Source: a virus
IMG/VR virus record: IMGVR_UViG_3300033141_003979
Coordinates: 45,771 to 109,770 of that record
Direction: 5' to 3' (one strand)
Length of the DNA stretch: 64,000 bases
The notes beneath the pieces were generated by a model. It was not told where the DNA came from. It was given only the letters and a program-made list of their open reading frames with translations, and did not search any database. The position numbers were made by a program, and so were the translations under genes. How positions within the stretch are numbered: the stretch's first letter is position 1; every line of letters starts with the position of its first letter. This document shows, piece by piece, positions 29,207-39,970 of the stretch.

Positions 29207-29416
29207 ATGGTAACACAAGCAGAAAGAGCAGCACTAATGAAGTTCGCCCGCCCCTTGAAACCACAGGGGCCAGATCTAATCGTTACAATCAGAACGGACC
29301 TGTTTGAAGAAAGAATGCTTAAACAATATGACAAAGGCAAGCTGCGGCCCTTATGGTGGCAGAAAGAGGACAAAGCAAATAACCGAATTCAGTTAGCCTT
29401 CGGGCCGGGGAGGTAA
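29207..29416 (+). CDS. Hypothetical protein
   Basis: SD AAGGAG. Confidence 0.6.
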   Translation: MVTQAERAALMKFARPLKPQGPDLIVTIRTDLFEERMLKQYDKGKLRPLWWQKEDKANNRIQLAFGPGR

Positions 29417-29619
29417 GAAAAAGTGACAAATTTACAATTCTCTAAGGAAAAGGAATTGCTTGGAAAACAACTTTCCCAAAGAAAGCACAAAAAAAGGAGA
29501 ATAACCACAATGAAAAGGATCAAAGAAAAGACTGCCCGCAGATGGCTGAACCGAAACGAATGGAAAATCATTACATATAGTAAATACGGACACAAGAAAT
29601 TCTGGCGGCAATATGCCGT

Positions 29620-29988
29620 ATGTATGCGGACACTAACTATATTCAAAAAGTTTTAATAGGAGGTGAAAGAAAAGTGATAAGCTGCCAATACTGTAAATCA
29701 TTTCAGAAAGGAAGGTCCTGCCAAGAATATAAAATTCCAATGAGGCTATGCACCATCAAAAATAAGCCCGTACAATACAGAGATAAGGCCTGCGATGAGT
29801 TCCAATTAGCCAAGCGATTCTGGTGTGAACGGCATAAAATGTGGCTAGATCCTGAATTATGCAAAATGAACCAGAAAAAGAGGAGGAATGGTTGTGTGAC
29901 TTGTCGGCAAGGGGAGATCATCAATAAACTTCTATCCCCGGCGGTAGTCAAATCAAGATTCCAGAGGAGGGAGAAGAACAGTGAATAA
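29620..29988 (+). CDS. Cys-rich hypothetical protein
   Basis: Multiple CxxC; likely GTG start at 29674 after GGAGGTG. Confidence 0.6.
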   Translation: MYADTNYIQKVLIGGERKVISCQYCKSFQKGRSCQEYKIPMRLCTIKNKPVQYRDKACDEFQLAKRFWCERHKMWLDPELCKMNQKKRRNGCVTCRQGEIINKLLSPAVVKSRFQRREKNSE

Positions 29989-30181
29989 TCCAAACAGACC
30001 AACTGTTAAACTCATCGGAGAAGATGGAAATGTCTTTTACATTCTTGGAAAGGTCCGGGCAGCATTGAAAAGTGCAGAGTATTCCAAGGATGCTATATCG
30101 GAGTTCACCAAACAGGCAACCTCTGGCAGCGATTATGATACAGTACTGCAAACTTGCATGATATGGGTTGATGTCGAGTAA
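29981..30181 (+). CDS. Small conserved phage protein
   Basis: P.VKLIGEDGNVF.ILG.V..ALK...DYD..L motif. Confidence 0.7.
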   Translation: MNNPNRPTVKLIGEDGNVFYILGKVRAALKSAEYSKDAISEFTKQATSGSDYDTVLQTCMIWVDVE

Positions 30182-30404
30182 AGGAATTGTCATGACCACT
30201 AAACTACTCTACTACACTGAATTCAACTGGTATGGAGAAGTCCATGACTTCTGGACCCATGCCAGAAACCCGGAAGCAGCCAAGCGGCAGTCTGTCTCCA
30301 AGTTGGCAAAACGACTAGGCACTTCCAGATACCGGGTAAGATGCTACTTTTCAGGATATAAAGACAATTTCAAAATCACAGAAAAAGAAAAGGAGCCTAA
30401 CTAA

Positions 30405-30938
30405 ATGCAAAAATATGAAGACCACCAAAAACTTATCCATTGCTTAGCCTATCGATTCCATCATACCACAGGCATCGAAGCCAATGAACTTATTTCATGC
30501 GGAAATCTTGAGTTCATGGAATGCCAAAAAAACTACAATCCTGCAAAAGGGACAAAATTCAGCACATATCTCTATACAAAACTACAAGGACTTTTCCTAG
30601 AAATGGGAAGAAAAAAGGAAACTGCCCCAAAAATCATCAGCATAGAAAATGATTATTGGGGTAAACCTTTATCAGAAACCTCTCCGTTCATGAACGAGAT
30701 CACTCCTGAAGACAACTGCCTATTCAAAGAAATAGTCCTTGGCTTACCAGAAGATGCCAAAGAAGTCGTGAAGATTGTTTTTAATACCCCAATAGATCTC
30801 ATGAAAATGCTTCCAAAAAAGCAGCCCCGTGGGATCAACAAAACTCAAACCCAAAAATACCTGAGGCAACAGTATGGCTGGTCCTTTTCCAGAATACAAA
30901 AAGCATTTACTGCAATCAAAAAAGGATTATCATTTTAA
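30405..30938 (+). CDS. Sigma-70 region-2-like phage sigma factor
   Basis: LIHCLAYRF..ELIS.G.L.F...YNPAKGTKFSTYLY. Confidence 0.7.
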   Translation: MQKYEDHQKLIHCLAYRFHHTTGIEANELISCGNLEFMECQKNYNPAKGTKFSTYLYTKLQGLFLEMGRKKETAPKIISIENDYWGKPLSETSPFMNEITPEDNCLFKEIVLGLPEDAKEVVKIVFNTPIDLMKMLPKKQPRGINKTQTQKYLRQQYGWSFSRIQKAFTAIKKGLSF

Positions 30939-31125
30939 TCTTTGAAATTTTCTTATAATATAACATATGGAGAAAAAATGAATAATGACTATGAAATCGA
31001 ATGTGAAAATTGTGGGTGGTCAGGACGTTCCGACGAACTGGTAGCATTAACAGAAGATCTTAAAGACTGTGATTTTTCATATCGTCCTGATTGCAGTAGT
31101 CAAGACATTATAGATATAGATCAAG

Positions 31126-32453
31126 ATGAATAGTTCAGGCCTTGCCATTACGATCACAATTAGAAATCTTGCGGAGATTTCATTTATCAATGATGAGCTT
31201 AATACTGAAATCCTTAGCCTGCTTACTATTAGAAATCCCAAATGGGCAGAAAACCGCAAGATGAAAAGATGGCAAGGCGATACTCCAAAACTACTGACAT
31301 TTTATGAGCAAGATGATAACAACCAACTCTTCGTGCCACGTGGGGCAATTGAGCCCATAATCGAAATCTGCAATAAAAGAAATATTGATGTAGATCTCAT
31401 TGACGAAACAAACCAATTAACCCCAATCAATCTTTGTTTTAAAGGAACCCTGAAAGATTTCCAAAAACCAGTAATCTGTACCATATTAGAACATGAAGAA
31501 GGAACTCTTTGTTCCCCAACTGGCTCCGGCAAAACCATCATGGCCTTATATCTAATTGCACAAAGACAACAACCTGCCTTGATCATAGTTCATACCAAAG
31601 AATTACTTGATCAATGGAAAGATAGGATTGAAACCTTTCTTGGAATCCAAAAAGATAATATAGGTCAATTCGGGGATGGACAAAAGTGGGTCGGTGAAAA
31701 AATAACAGTAGCTCTAATCCAGACACTACGCAAGATCAAGAAATTGCCAGAAATAGGGCATTTAATAACCGATGAATGTCACCGAATTCCAGGTACTACT
31801 TTCCATGAAACCATCAAAAGATTCAACTGCAAATATCTTCTAGGGCTATCGGCCACCCCATATAGAAGAGATGGTTTATCAAAACTAATCTCTTGGTATG
31901 CCGGCCCCATCAGATACAAAATAGATCCTCGCGAATTAATGAAACAAGGACACATTACTAAAATCCAATCAATAATCAAAAAAACAAATTTTATCTGCCA
32001 ACTTCGAGATAAAAAAGGAAACAAAATTAATCCAGCAGATTTGCGGAAGCAAAGCAAGGAGAAACCTGTCTTGTACTAACTGACAGGAAAGAACATTGTA
32101 CTGCATTGACAAACTTAACCAGTCATAACGGATTAAGAGTTGAAGAATTAACTGGAAGTCATTCAGAAGGGCATAGAAAAAGGGTAATCCAAGATATTAA
32201 TGATGGCAAAATCAATGTCCTAATAGCAACCGGACAACTAATTGGTGAAGGATTTGATTGCGAAAATCTTTCTACAATATTCCTAACTACCCCAATAAGA
32301 TTTTCCGGCAGAATAATTCAATACATCGGACGAGGACTAAGGCCAATGCCAGGAAAAGAGGTGGCAAAGATTTATTATTATCATGATCAAACGATAAAAT
32401 GTTTATATGGCTCATATAAAGCAATACTGAAAGTTTGTAAGGATCTAGAATAA
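31126..32453 (+). pseudogene. Superfamily 2 (DEAD/DEAH-like) helicase split by a frameshift near 32040
   Basis: SPTGSGKT, DECH, SATP in the first ORF; the second frame from 32043 reads AEAKQGETCLVLTDRKEH...GEGFD...QYIGRGLR. Confidence 0.8.
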
Positions 32454-32459
32454 TCCTCA

Positions 32460-32870
32460 ATGGCACCCTTACTACCTACATCTGATGAACTTAGCCTTGA
32501 AATTGATAGATTTGAAATTGACAATCTTGATCCAGAAATTTTAGAAGGAAACGAAACAACAAAAGGATATTCCACCATGTCACCAGAACAAGCAATGTGG
32601 GCAGCAGTCATTGAACAAGCAGCTAGAGATCTTTTCTATATGCCAAATGCACAATTTATAACAGGCCAAATAATAACAATCAGGAATTCTTCCTATGCCT
32701 TTTTCTTTTCAAAAAGTTCTCATTATATACAATACAGGGATTTTGTCCTCACAACTATTGACCTTGATTTAGATGTAATTCTATCTGCTTTACAAAAACG
32801 AATTAAAAAATTCAAACAAAATCAACAAAAGTCTTCAAAATGCAAAGCCCATGTTTTGAATGTGAATTAA
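32460..32870 (+). CDS. Hypothetical protein
   Basis: PEQAMWAAVIEQAARD motif. Confidence 0.65.
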   Translation: MAPLLPTSDELSLEIDRFEIDNLDPEILEGNETTKGYSTMSPEQAMWAAVIEQAARDLFYMPNAQFITGQIITIRNSSYAFFFSKSSHYIQYRDFVLTTIDLDLDVILSALQKRIKKFKQNQQKSSKCKAHVLNVN

Positions 32871-33098
32871 AAAAATCAGACAAAAATAATCTCGTCTGTG
32901 CAAAATGCAGGGAAAGGATTAATTATGCTCTTTATCTTGAATATCCTAATAAATTGTCTGCTATCCCTCCACAAAAATGCAAAACCAAAGGATGCAAAAA
33001 TCCTAACCGTGTTAATGATTTATGTTTGAGATGCGCTATTATCAACTGGAAATTAACACATCCAAAAGAAAGAATATGGATAAAAAGAGGAATCTACA

Positions 33099-33995
33099 AT
33101 GTTTTCCGCTGAATCATTCTGTGAAGACTATCAAATCCCTTGGTTCCCTCCAGGCACTAAAAATGTAGGCCGTGGGTATATAGGAATATGCTGCCCCTTC
33201 TGTGATGATACAAGCTCACATGGTGGATTCAATATCTCTAAGTCCTTTTACAATTGCCATCGATGCGGAGGACATTGGATATTAAAAATAATTGCGGCCT
33301 TAACAAAAACCAACATCCATAATGCAAAAAAAATCTTTGAAAAATATTCATCAGACGAATCGATTGCCGAAAAATTCAAACCCAATAAATATGTTTCAGA
33401 AGTTACTTTTCCTCCAGATACAGGTCCACTAAATGAAAAGGCAAAACAATATCTCATTAATCGAAACTTTGATCCAAACAAACTAGTCTCTGAATGGGGG
33501 CTCCTATCAACCGGTCACGCCGGAGAATACAAATTCTCTATCCTAGCTCCTATCTACCTACATGGACTTCTCATATCATACCAATGCAGGGATATTACGG
33601 GTAAAAATCCCACTCCATACAAAGGGTGCTCGATTGATGAATCTGTCTACAATCATAAGCATTCACTATACGGAATTGATAAGGCAATGCCACAAAAGAA
33701 ATGTGTAGTTGTTGAAGGAATCACTGATACCTGGAGACTTGGGCCGGGAGCGGTAAGCACATTCTCAATGAATTTTACCATACCACAAATCAGATTATTA
33801 GTTCAATCATTTGATTACTCCTTCATTCTATATGATCCAGAACCTCAAGCACAAGCACAAGCAGAAAAACTTTTTCATTACATAACCGGATGTGGCAAAG
33901 AAGCAGAAATTCTTAACCTACCAGACTGGATAAAAGACCCAGGCGACTTATCAGATAACTCGGCTAAAGAAATTATGAAGGAATTAGGACTATGA
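33099..33995 (+). CDS. DNA primase (zinc finger + TOPRIM)
   Basis: CPFC..H...CHRC; LYGID; VVVEGITD; YDPE; KDPGDL. Confidence 0.9.
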   Translation: MFSAESFCEDYQIPWFPPGTKNVGRGYIGICCPFCDDTSSHGGFNISKSFYNCHRCGGHWILKIIAALTKTNIHNAKKIFEKYSSDESIAEKFKPNKYVSEVTFPPDTGPLNEKAKQYLINRNFDPNKLVSEWGLLSTGHAGEYKFSILAPIYLHGLLISYQCRDITGKNPTPYKGCSIDESVYNHKHSLYGIDKAMPQKKCVVVEGITDTWRLGPGAVSTFSMNFTIPQIRLLVQSFDYSFILYDPEPQAQAQAEKLFHYITGCGKEAEILNLPDWIKDPGDLSDNSAKEIMKELGL

Positions 33996-34226
33996 AAGTA
34001 AAATATGTTGTAATAAATTATCACGGCGATGACACCATGATTATCTTTCCTGGATATATTCAACATGCCACTATGGCAAAAATAGGATGTGTTATAATAT
34101 CTGCCGGTTTTGTCAATATGAAAACAAAAGCCTGCTATGGAGAATCTGTAAGCTTAAAGGTAAAATCAGATCCAGAGCTTGATAACATTTTATTAGAAGA
34201 ATTTTTTAATCAGGAATAAAAAAAGC

Positions 34227-34255
34227 TTGATTTTTATAAAAAGATATTTTATAAT
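34227..34255 (+). promoter_or_regulatory. Sigma70-like promoter
   Basis: TTGATT-N17-TATAAT. Confidence 0.7.
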
Positions 34256-34265
34256 ACATTTTAGT

Positions 34266-34382
34266 AGAAATTCTTGGCGGGATTTCTACCTCCAAATTGG
34301 CCAGCTGTGATAGCGCACACAGTTATGGGAGGGGCTATCGTCCCCTCCCGGCTTCTTTTCTTTCGACCTTACGATAGGAGGT
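34266..34382 (+). ncRNA. Structured leader RNA with complementary loops and anti-SD pairing
   Basis: Hairpins TAGAAATTC/GGATTTCTA, AGCTGTG/CACAGTT and GGGAGGGG/CCCCTCCC; GATAGC complements GCTATC; CTATCGT complements ACGATAG at the RBS. Confidence 0.55.
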
Positions 34383-34435
34383 TGTCTTGAGCAAAATAAA
34401 TCAATTTTTATTAAAATCAAAACAAGGAGATAATT

Positions 34436-35176
34436 ATGTCTAATACCGAATACAGATACGGCTGCCAAGTAATTTGTAACGAAAACGATATCTATCCTGC
34501 CATGAAAGACCTTGTTGAAAACAAGGGAATGTCTGTAAATGCTGCCGCTAAGTTCGTTCACAAGGACAGCAGTGGTGAGGTAACTAAGGGAAGGGCAGAA
34601 CAAGTATATCTAAGACGAACTCCTTCTATGCACATAGAACCTGATAAACCTTTGAAAAAACAGACAAAAGAAAACACAAAATTACAGTTAAGCGATATAA
34701 GGAAAGAAATCAAAGCAGGAAATGTGTCTGATGACGATACGAAAAAGTTAGTAGATACTATTGCAGATGAAGTGTCAAAAGAAACAGTTCACCCAAGAAT
34801 TGGGTCAAGGCTAAATACCGCTATAAAAAAGTATCATACAAAAAGAAGATTGACTCCAAAAACAGATGAAAAAAGTAAAATCGAAATGCTAAACAAGAAA
34901 TTGGGGGAATGCTCTACCGAGCTTAAATTATTGGTGGATGGTCAAATAAAAACGGCCTCCGGTGACCAGAAATATTTAGATGCCATAAAAGGCCACGCCC
35001 CTATGATCATATGGAGTTTTCATGATCTTGGGATAGACATACAAAAGGTATGCAGGTTGATAAATGGCAGAAAGGAGATTTCAAATGATGGTACAACCCA
35101 AGTTCAACCTCACGACATTATCGACATTATCCCCAAAACCATTATCTCTACGACAATTAATCAAAAGGAAAATTGA
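34436..35176 (+). CDS. Hypothetical protein
   Basis: SD AAGGAG; 246 aa. Confidence 0.75.
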   Translation: MSNTEYRYGCQVICNENDIYPAMKDLVENKGMSVNAAAKFVHKDSSGEVTKGRAEQVYLRRTPSMHIEPDKPLKKQTKENTKLQLSDIRKEIKAGNVSDDDTKKLVDTIADEVSKETVHPRIGSRLNTAIKKYHTKRRLTPKTDEKSKIEMLNKKLGECSTELKLLVDGQIKTASGDQKYLDAIKGHAPMIIWSFHDLGIDIQKVCRLINGRKEISNDGTTQVQPHDIIDIIPKTIISTTINQKEN

Positions 35177-35804
35177 TTATATAATAGAGACAGAAGTTCG
35201 CGTATCCCCATTTATAACTTGGATTAGCAAGGGGCAAATTCTTTGGGGAAACGGAATGCACTGGAAAAATGCAAAAGACAAATGGCTTAAAGAAGGAATA
35301 ACCAAACATGCAGGAATAACAAGACCAACAAACGATGAGCTTAAATATCAAATCGGAGAATATGGATATTGTATGCCATGGCCTCCCCCGACATTTCCAC
35401 CTATGTTAGGCCAAGTAATGCGTCCTGATTTTGTTAACCAATGGATTGACGGAAAACAATATACAGATCTTCGTTTTTTTTGGGGGTTAGGGTATGTCAA
35501 TGAACAAGGCAAGCTAATTCCTGAATATGGAAATGGAGTAGCTGGATATTTCATGTTTATGGCAGATTCGCCTTTCCGTGAATTCCAACAACAATGGTTA
35601 GATAAACAGCCAAAATGGAAGAGGATACAATGGGCTAGATGTAATGATACTTACATTTCTGCAGTTGACTATCAAATAAAAGCTAGCCGCAGAAAAATGA
35701 TAGTAAGCCAACGACTTCTTGGAGTTCAAGAATATAAAGAGCTTGATGCCGCTAAAAATTTAGAATTAGAAGATACTCCATGGAGAAAAGAAAGTAAAGA
35801 ATAG
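35064..35804 (+). CDS. Hypothetical Trp-rich protein (probable start ~35085)
   Basis: Long ORF with AAGGAG before MMVQP; overlaps the previous gene. Confidence 0.7.
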   Translation: MAERRFQMMVQPKFNLTTLSTLSPKPLSLRQLIKRKIDYIIETEVRVSPFITWISKGQILWGNGMHWKNAKDKWLKEGITKHAGITRPTNDELKYQIGEYGYCMPWPPPTFPPMLGQVMRPDFVNQWIDGKQYTDLRFFWGLGYVNEQGKLIPEYGNGVAGYFMFMADSPFREFQQQWLDKQPKWKRIQWARCNDTYISAVDYQIKASRRKMIVSQRLLGVQEYKELDAAKNLELEDTPWRKESKE

Positions 35805-35864
35805 ATAATAAAAAAGAGCATTCCCCCTCTTTTTATTTTTAATAAAAAAGGAATATAAACTACT

Positions 35865-37139
35865 TTGACTAAAAATAATAAAGAAGAACAAAAAAAAGGA
35901 ATCAAAGGCGTTTTTATTCCTGGCGAAGTTGCTTTTAATAAAACCCTCACAAAAACAGATATGTTTATTTGGTGGCAGATCGATTCACTTGACTGCACAG
36001 AAAAGCATTGTTTTGCAAGCAATGAATTCATTTCTGATCAACTTGACTTAAACCCCCAGACAGTTTCAAATTCCATATCTAAACTAAAAGATCTTGGATA
36101 TTTCAAGCAGGTAAGTTTCAATGGCCGCAAGAGAGTTTTAGCAAGAGATGATAGTTACCTTGAAAAATACAGGCATCTCGTTGATAAATATAACAGTGAT
36201 AATAAAAACAGACTAAATCGATCCTTATATGCAGACTATAATGACTCTTATAAGCAGACTAAGTCAACTCTTATAGGAGATATAAATAAGAATAGTAATA
36301 ATAGTTTAGAAATTAATTCTAAAGAATTAATAAATGATTCTGACGAATCACAAAAAATCTTTCCTGACAAAAATCCTATCAAACCTTCATACTCATCCAA
36401 ATATGAAATATTCTCCTTGAGATTAATTCAATTCTGGAATTCATTTCCTCATACCTCTATTCATAAAATTATTACTCCTCCAACAAAAACCTATCAATCC
36501 TTAATTAAAAATCTCTGTTCCTTGCAAACAGGAACCTTCCATAAGAACGGGAAACAATTTGATCCTGAATGGATCAAAAAGGACAAAATCCCTGAGAAAT
36601 GGTTTTCTCTTGCTTGGACATATCAAGAGTTACGTGATGGAATTCAAGAAGCATCTAAATATAGTATGGAAGGATATTGGCCTTATAAAAAAAGAGAATT
36701 TTTCAAATCCTTAGCAAATCTCATATATGATGCACACAGTCGAAAGAGTTGGTTGTTGGCCGCTATAAAAAACCCACCTAAGCTTCTCAAAGAATCTTCA
36801 AATGAACAATGGCAAAATCCTTTTCCGGAAACAACTAAGATCTTTTTGGATGCAGGAATTTGGCCAAATGGATATGAAGTAGATTGTAAGATGCTTGCCA
36901 GAGGCATTGCCTCCTTGAAGATCTTCTCTGATAATCTAGTCCCAGATTCCTACAATAAAATCAATCATTGGTTTGGTACCTTATATAAGCTTTCCACTGA
37001 ATATATTACTTGGTTACAAGATCAAGACTGGTTGACCGATATCAAGGAAAATGTCATCGGGACAGAAAACGGAGTGTTTAAAAAATTCATTGAAGATCAG
37101 GAAAGGGAAATTGGGGTGAAGATAAGGGTGCAAGAATGA
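35865..37139 (+). CDS. Putative replication initiation protein (N-terminal winged HTH)
   Basis: CFASNEFISDQL.L..QTVSNSISKLK.LGY...FNGRKR; located before DnaB. Confidence 0.7.
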   Translation: MTKNNKEEQKKGIKGVFIPGEVAFNKTLTKTDMFIWWQIDSLDCTEKHCFASNEFISDQLDLNPQTVSNSISKLKDLGYFKQVSFNGRKRVLARDDSYLEKYRHLVDKYNSDNKNRLNRSLYADYNDSYKQTKSTLIGDINKNSNNSLEINSKELINDSDESQKIFPDKNPIKPSYSSKYEIFSLRLIQFWNSFPHTSIHKIITPPTKTYQSLIKNLCSLQTGTFHKNGKQFDPEWIKKDKIPEKWFSLAWTYQELRDGIQEASKYSMEGYWPYKKREFFKSLANLIYDAHSRKSWLLAAIKNPPKLLKESSNEQWQNPFPETTKIFLDAGIWPNGYEVDCKMLARGIASLKIFSDNLVPDSYNKINHWFGTLYKLSTEYITWLQDQDWLTDIKENVIGTENGVFKKFIEDQEREIGVKIRVQE

Positions 37140-37366
37140 TTGATACAATGGCTCAATATGCCATCATGGTGTTAGGGCCTACAGCAACTTGGGTTGTGGG
37201 TTGGAAAGGAGAAAAAAGACGATGGGGCTATATCATCGGGATTGCCTGTCAACCTTTTTGGTTCGTTACTTTATATGAAAACAAACAATGGCCAATCTTT
37301 ATTGTTGCTTCTTTATATACCTTTTCCTGGATACAAGGGTTTTGGAATCATTGGGTGAAGAGATGA
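37136..37366 (+). CDS. Small membrane protein
   Basis: RRWGYIIGIACQPFW..QW pattern, three hydrophobic segments. Confidence 0.65.
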   Translation: MIDTMAQYAIMVLGPTATWVVGWKGEKRRWGYIIGIACQPFWFVTLYENKQWPIFIVASLYTFSWIQGFWNHWVKR

Positions 37367-37567
37367 AAAATCAACCCATCGGCATTTGCCGGATCTGCCA
37401 TAAAGAATTTTGTATAACCCGGTTAGGCAAAATGTATCGGCATGGGTATAGGTATCACAGGATTAAAAGAGATGGCGGATTCTTTTCATTTATTCGTTAT
37501 CAGACAATTAGAACACAGCCTCCTTGTACAGGTAGCGGAATAAAGCCGTTGAGGGTAAAATAATATA

Positions 37568-39085
37568 ATGTTACAAAGATCTAAGCCCCCAGATTCGCGC
37601 ATAGAACGCCAGATTTGCACCGGGCTTATAGTATCGGAGCAATTTATCAGAGAGATTAAACCAATCCTTCAACCAAATTCCCTTCAGCTTCCATTCACTC
37701 AGATAGTAGCAAACTGGTGTCTCGAATACTTTGATCAGTTTCAAACAGCTCCTGGCAGAAACATCCAAGACATATTCATCGAACACCGAAAAAGTAGTCT
37801 TGATCCTGATACAGCAGAATTGATTGAGGATTTCTTGACTGGAATTTCTGATGAATATGAACGACAAGATGTATTCAATATTGGTTATATTCTAAAGAAA
37901 GCAGAAGATCATTTAAGGAATGTTTCTCTGCAAAACCTTTCCAAGGAGATTGCAAAAGCAGCTAGCGGAGGTAGGATTGAGGAAGGGGAAGCATTAGTAA
38001 AAGGTTATGAACGCATAGCAAGGCCACAAGCCAGAGGGGTAGACCCTATCAATGATTCTTCTGTCATTGTCAATGCCTTCACAGAAGATTCCGGAGACAA
38101 GTTATTTTCCCTGCCCGGAGCAGTAGGGAAAATGATGGGGCCGATGGAAAGAGGATGGTTATTCTCATTTGTTGCACCTGCAAAGGGAGGGAAAACTTGG
38201 TGGTTAATGCTAACTGCTTTGAAGGCATTGTTTTCTGGATATAATGTAATTTTTGTCAGTATGGAAATGTCAGAAAAGGCCATGACCAGGAGAATTCATC
38301 ACTACATAAATGGTTTACCGACAAGGCGGTGGGCGGGGGAAATGTTGATCCCTGTCTTTGATTGTGAATGGAATCAGAAAGATACCTGTAAGAAATCAGT
38401 ACGAAAGAATAAAATCAAATTATTATCTGATGAAGGAAACCAGATTTCAGATTTTGATGACGCTTTAAAAGATTATACCCCTTGTACAGAATGCATGGGG
38501 ACAAAGAAGTTTGCCTGTGAAAGTTGGTTTAAGAAAGTTACCAAAAAAGAACTGACAATCGAGCAAGCACTTAGAAAAAAACAGGCAATAAAGAGATCTG
38601 CCCTGGTCCGTGGTAGCCGGTTTCATCTTGTGGAATTCCCTTCAGGCACTTTAACTATGTCAGAATTGAAAGCATATTTGTATAATCGGGAACAATATCG
38701 TGGAGAGATCTATGATGTTATCTGCACAGATTATGCAGATAAAATGAAGGCAGAATCCAGCTGGGAATATCGCCATGGGATAAATGAGATTTGGGAAGGA
38801 CATAAAGGATTAGCACAGGAGAAAAACGCCCTAGTTGCCACTGCCAGCCAATCTAATACTGCCAGGTCAGGGAAAGACATTAAGCAAGGAGATTGGGCCG
38901 AGGATATTAGGAAATTGAACCTGATTGATGCTGGAATGGCACTCAACATGTCACCAGAAGAAAAGAAAAGAGGAGTTATGCGAGCAGGGCTCATGGCACA
39001 GAGACATGAATTTTTCGATGTTTTAGGAATTGTTCATGTTTTACATCAGTTGAAGATAGGTCGTCCGTATTTGCAAAGTTATTGA
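37568..39085 (+). CDS. DnaB-like replicative helicase with Cys-rich insertion
   Basis: APAKGGKT Walker A, SMEMS, ICTDYAD, TASQ. Confidence 0.85.
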   Translation: MLQRSKPPDSRIERQICTGLIVSEQFIREIKPILQPNSLQLPFTQIVANWCLEYFDQFQTAPGRNIQDIFIEHRKSSLDPDTAELIEDFLTGISDEYERQDVFNIGYILKKAEDHLRNVSLQNLSKEIAKAASGGRIEEGEALVKGYERIARPQARGVDPINDSSVIVNAFTEDSGDKLFSLPGAVGKMMGPMERGWLFSFVAPAKGGKTWWLMLTALKALFSGYNVIFVSMEMSEKAMTRRIHHYINGLPTRRWAGEMLIPVFDCEWNQKDTCKKSVRKNKIKLLSDEGNQISDFDDALKDYTPCTECMGTKKFACESWFKKVTKKELTIEQALRKKQAIKRSALVRGSRFHLVEFPSGTLTMSELKAYLYNREQYRGEIYDVICTDYADKMKAESSWEYRHGINEIWEGHKGLAQEKNALVATASQSNTARSGKDIKQGDWAEDIRKLNLIDAGMALNMSPEEKKRGVMRAGLMAQRHEFFDVLGIVHVLHQLKIGRPYLQSY

Positions 39086-39096
39086 TATTTTTTTTG

Positions 39097-39126
39097 TTTT
39101 GAAACTTTGATATTTTCTTATAATAA
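39097..39126 (+). promoter_or_regulatory. Repeated 30-bp phage promoter-like motif, copy 1
   Basis: TTTTGAAACTTTGATATTTTCTTATAATAA; also at 43382, 54034, 55121 and partially at 30941. Confidence 0.75.
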
Positions 39127-39223
39127 AATATAAGGAAATAATAAGGTGTTTAAAAAGAAATATAATGTAGAAGAGATTAGAGGAAATAATATCTAAAACC
39201 AAGAGGTTGAAAACAAGAATATT

Positions 39224-39970
39224 ATGAGAGACAAAAACAATTTAAAAAGCCGGTTTAAAAGAAAAAATATAAATACAAATTCTTTAGAAAAAGAAATTTT
39301 AGAACAGGCTAATAAATTATTTAAAGGATTAGACAAATTAAAGTCTGAAACAAAAATTAACACTATAAATGAAATAAAGAAAAAACTCCATAATTATAGC
39401 CCGTTTAAAAACGAACCGGTTGATTGTGTTTTGTGGGCAAGAGGCAAAGATATATATGCCAATGATTATAATCCAAATGCTGTCGCTCCTCCAGAAATGG
39501 AATTGTTAAAACAATCCATTTTAGAGGATGGATTTACCCAACCAATTGTATCATGGAAAACTGAAAATGGAATTGAGGTTGTTGATGGTTTCCATAGAAA
39601 TAGAGTTGGAAAAGAAGTGCCAGAAATACAGGATCGCCTTTTTGGATATTTACCTGTTGTAAATATTAATCAAAACAGAGAACAAAAAGGAGATAGAATA
39701 GCATCTACTATTCGGCATAACAGAGCAAGAGGGACCCACAATATAGAATTAATGAGCACTATTGTCACCGAATTAGTAGAAATGGGAAAAGGAGATCCTT
39801 GGATTTGTAAGCATGTAGGGATGAGTATAGATGAATTATTAAGATTAAAACAAATAACAGGAGTTGCTGCGTTATTTAAAAATAGAGACTTTTCTGAAAG
39901 CTGGGAAGTAGACATTAGTGTGGATTATTATGAAAACAACCAAAATGATTTTATAGAACAAAAAGAATGA
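39224..39970 (+). CDS. IbrB/YbdM-like ParB/Srx-domain protein
   Basis: SPFKNEPVDCVLW, ANDYNPNAVAPPEMELL..SI.EDGFTQPIV, VVDGFHR, ASTIRHNRARG. Confidence 0.9.
   Translation: MRDKNNLKSRFKRKNINTNSLEKEILEQANKLFKGLDKLKSETKINTINEIKKKLHNYSPFKNEPVDCVLWARGKDIYANDYNPNAVAPPEMELLKQSILEDGFTQPIVSWKTENGIEVVDGFHRNRVGKEVPEIQDRLFGYLPVVNINQNREQKGDRIASTIRHNRARGTHNIELMSTIVTELVEMGKGDPWICKHVGMSIDELLRLKQITGVAALFKNRDFSESWEVDISVDYYENNQNDFIEQKE

Noticed and set aside
32031-32045. Programmed -1 frameshift in the helicase
   Set aside because: No X XXY YYZ heptamer, and coding sequence seems to be missing at the junction
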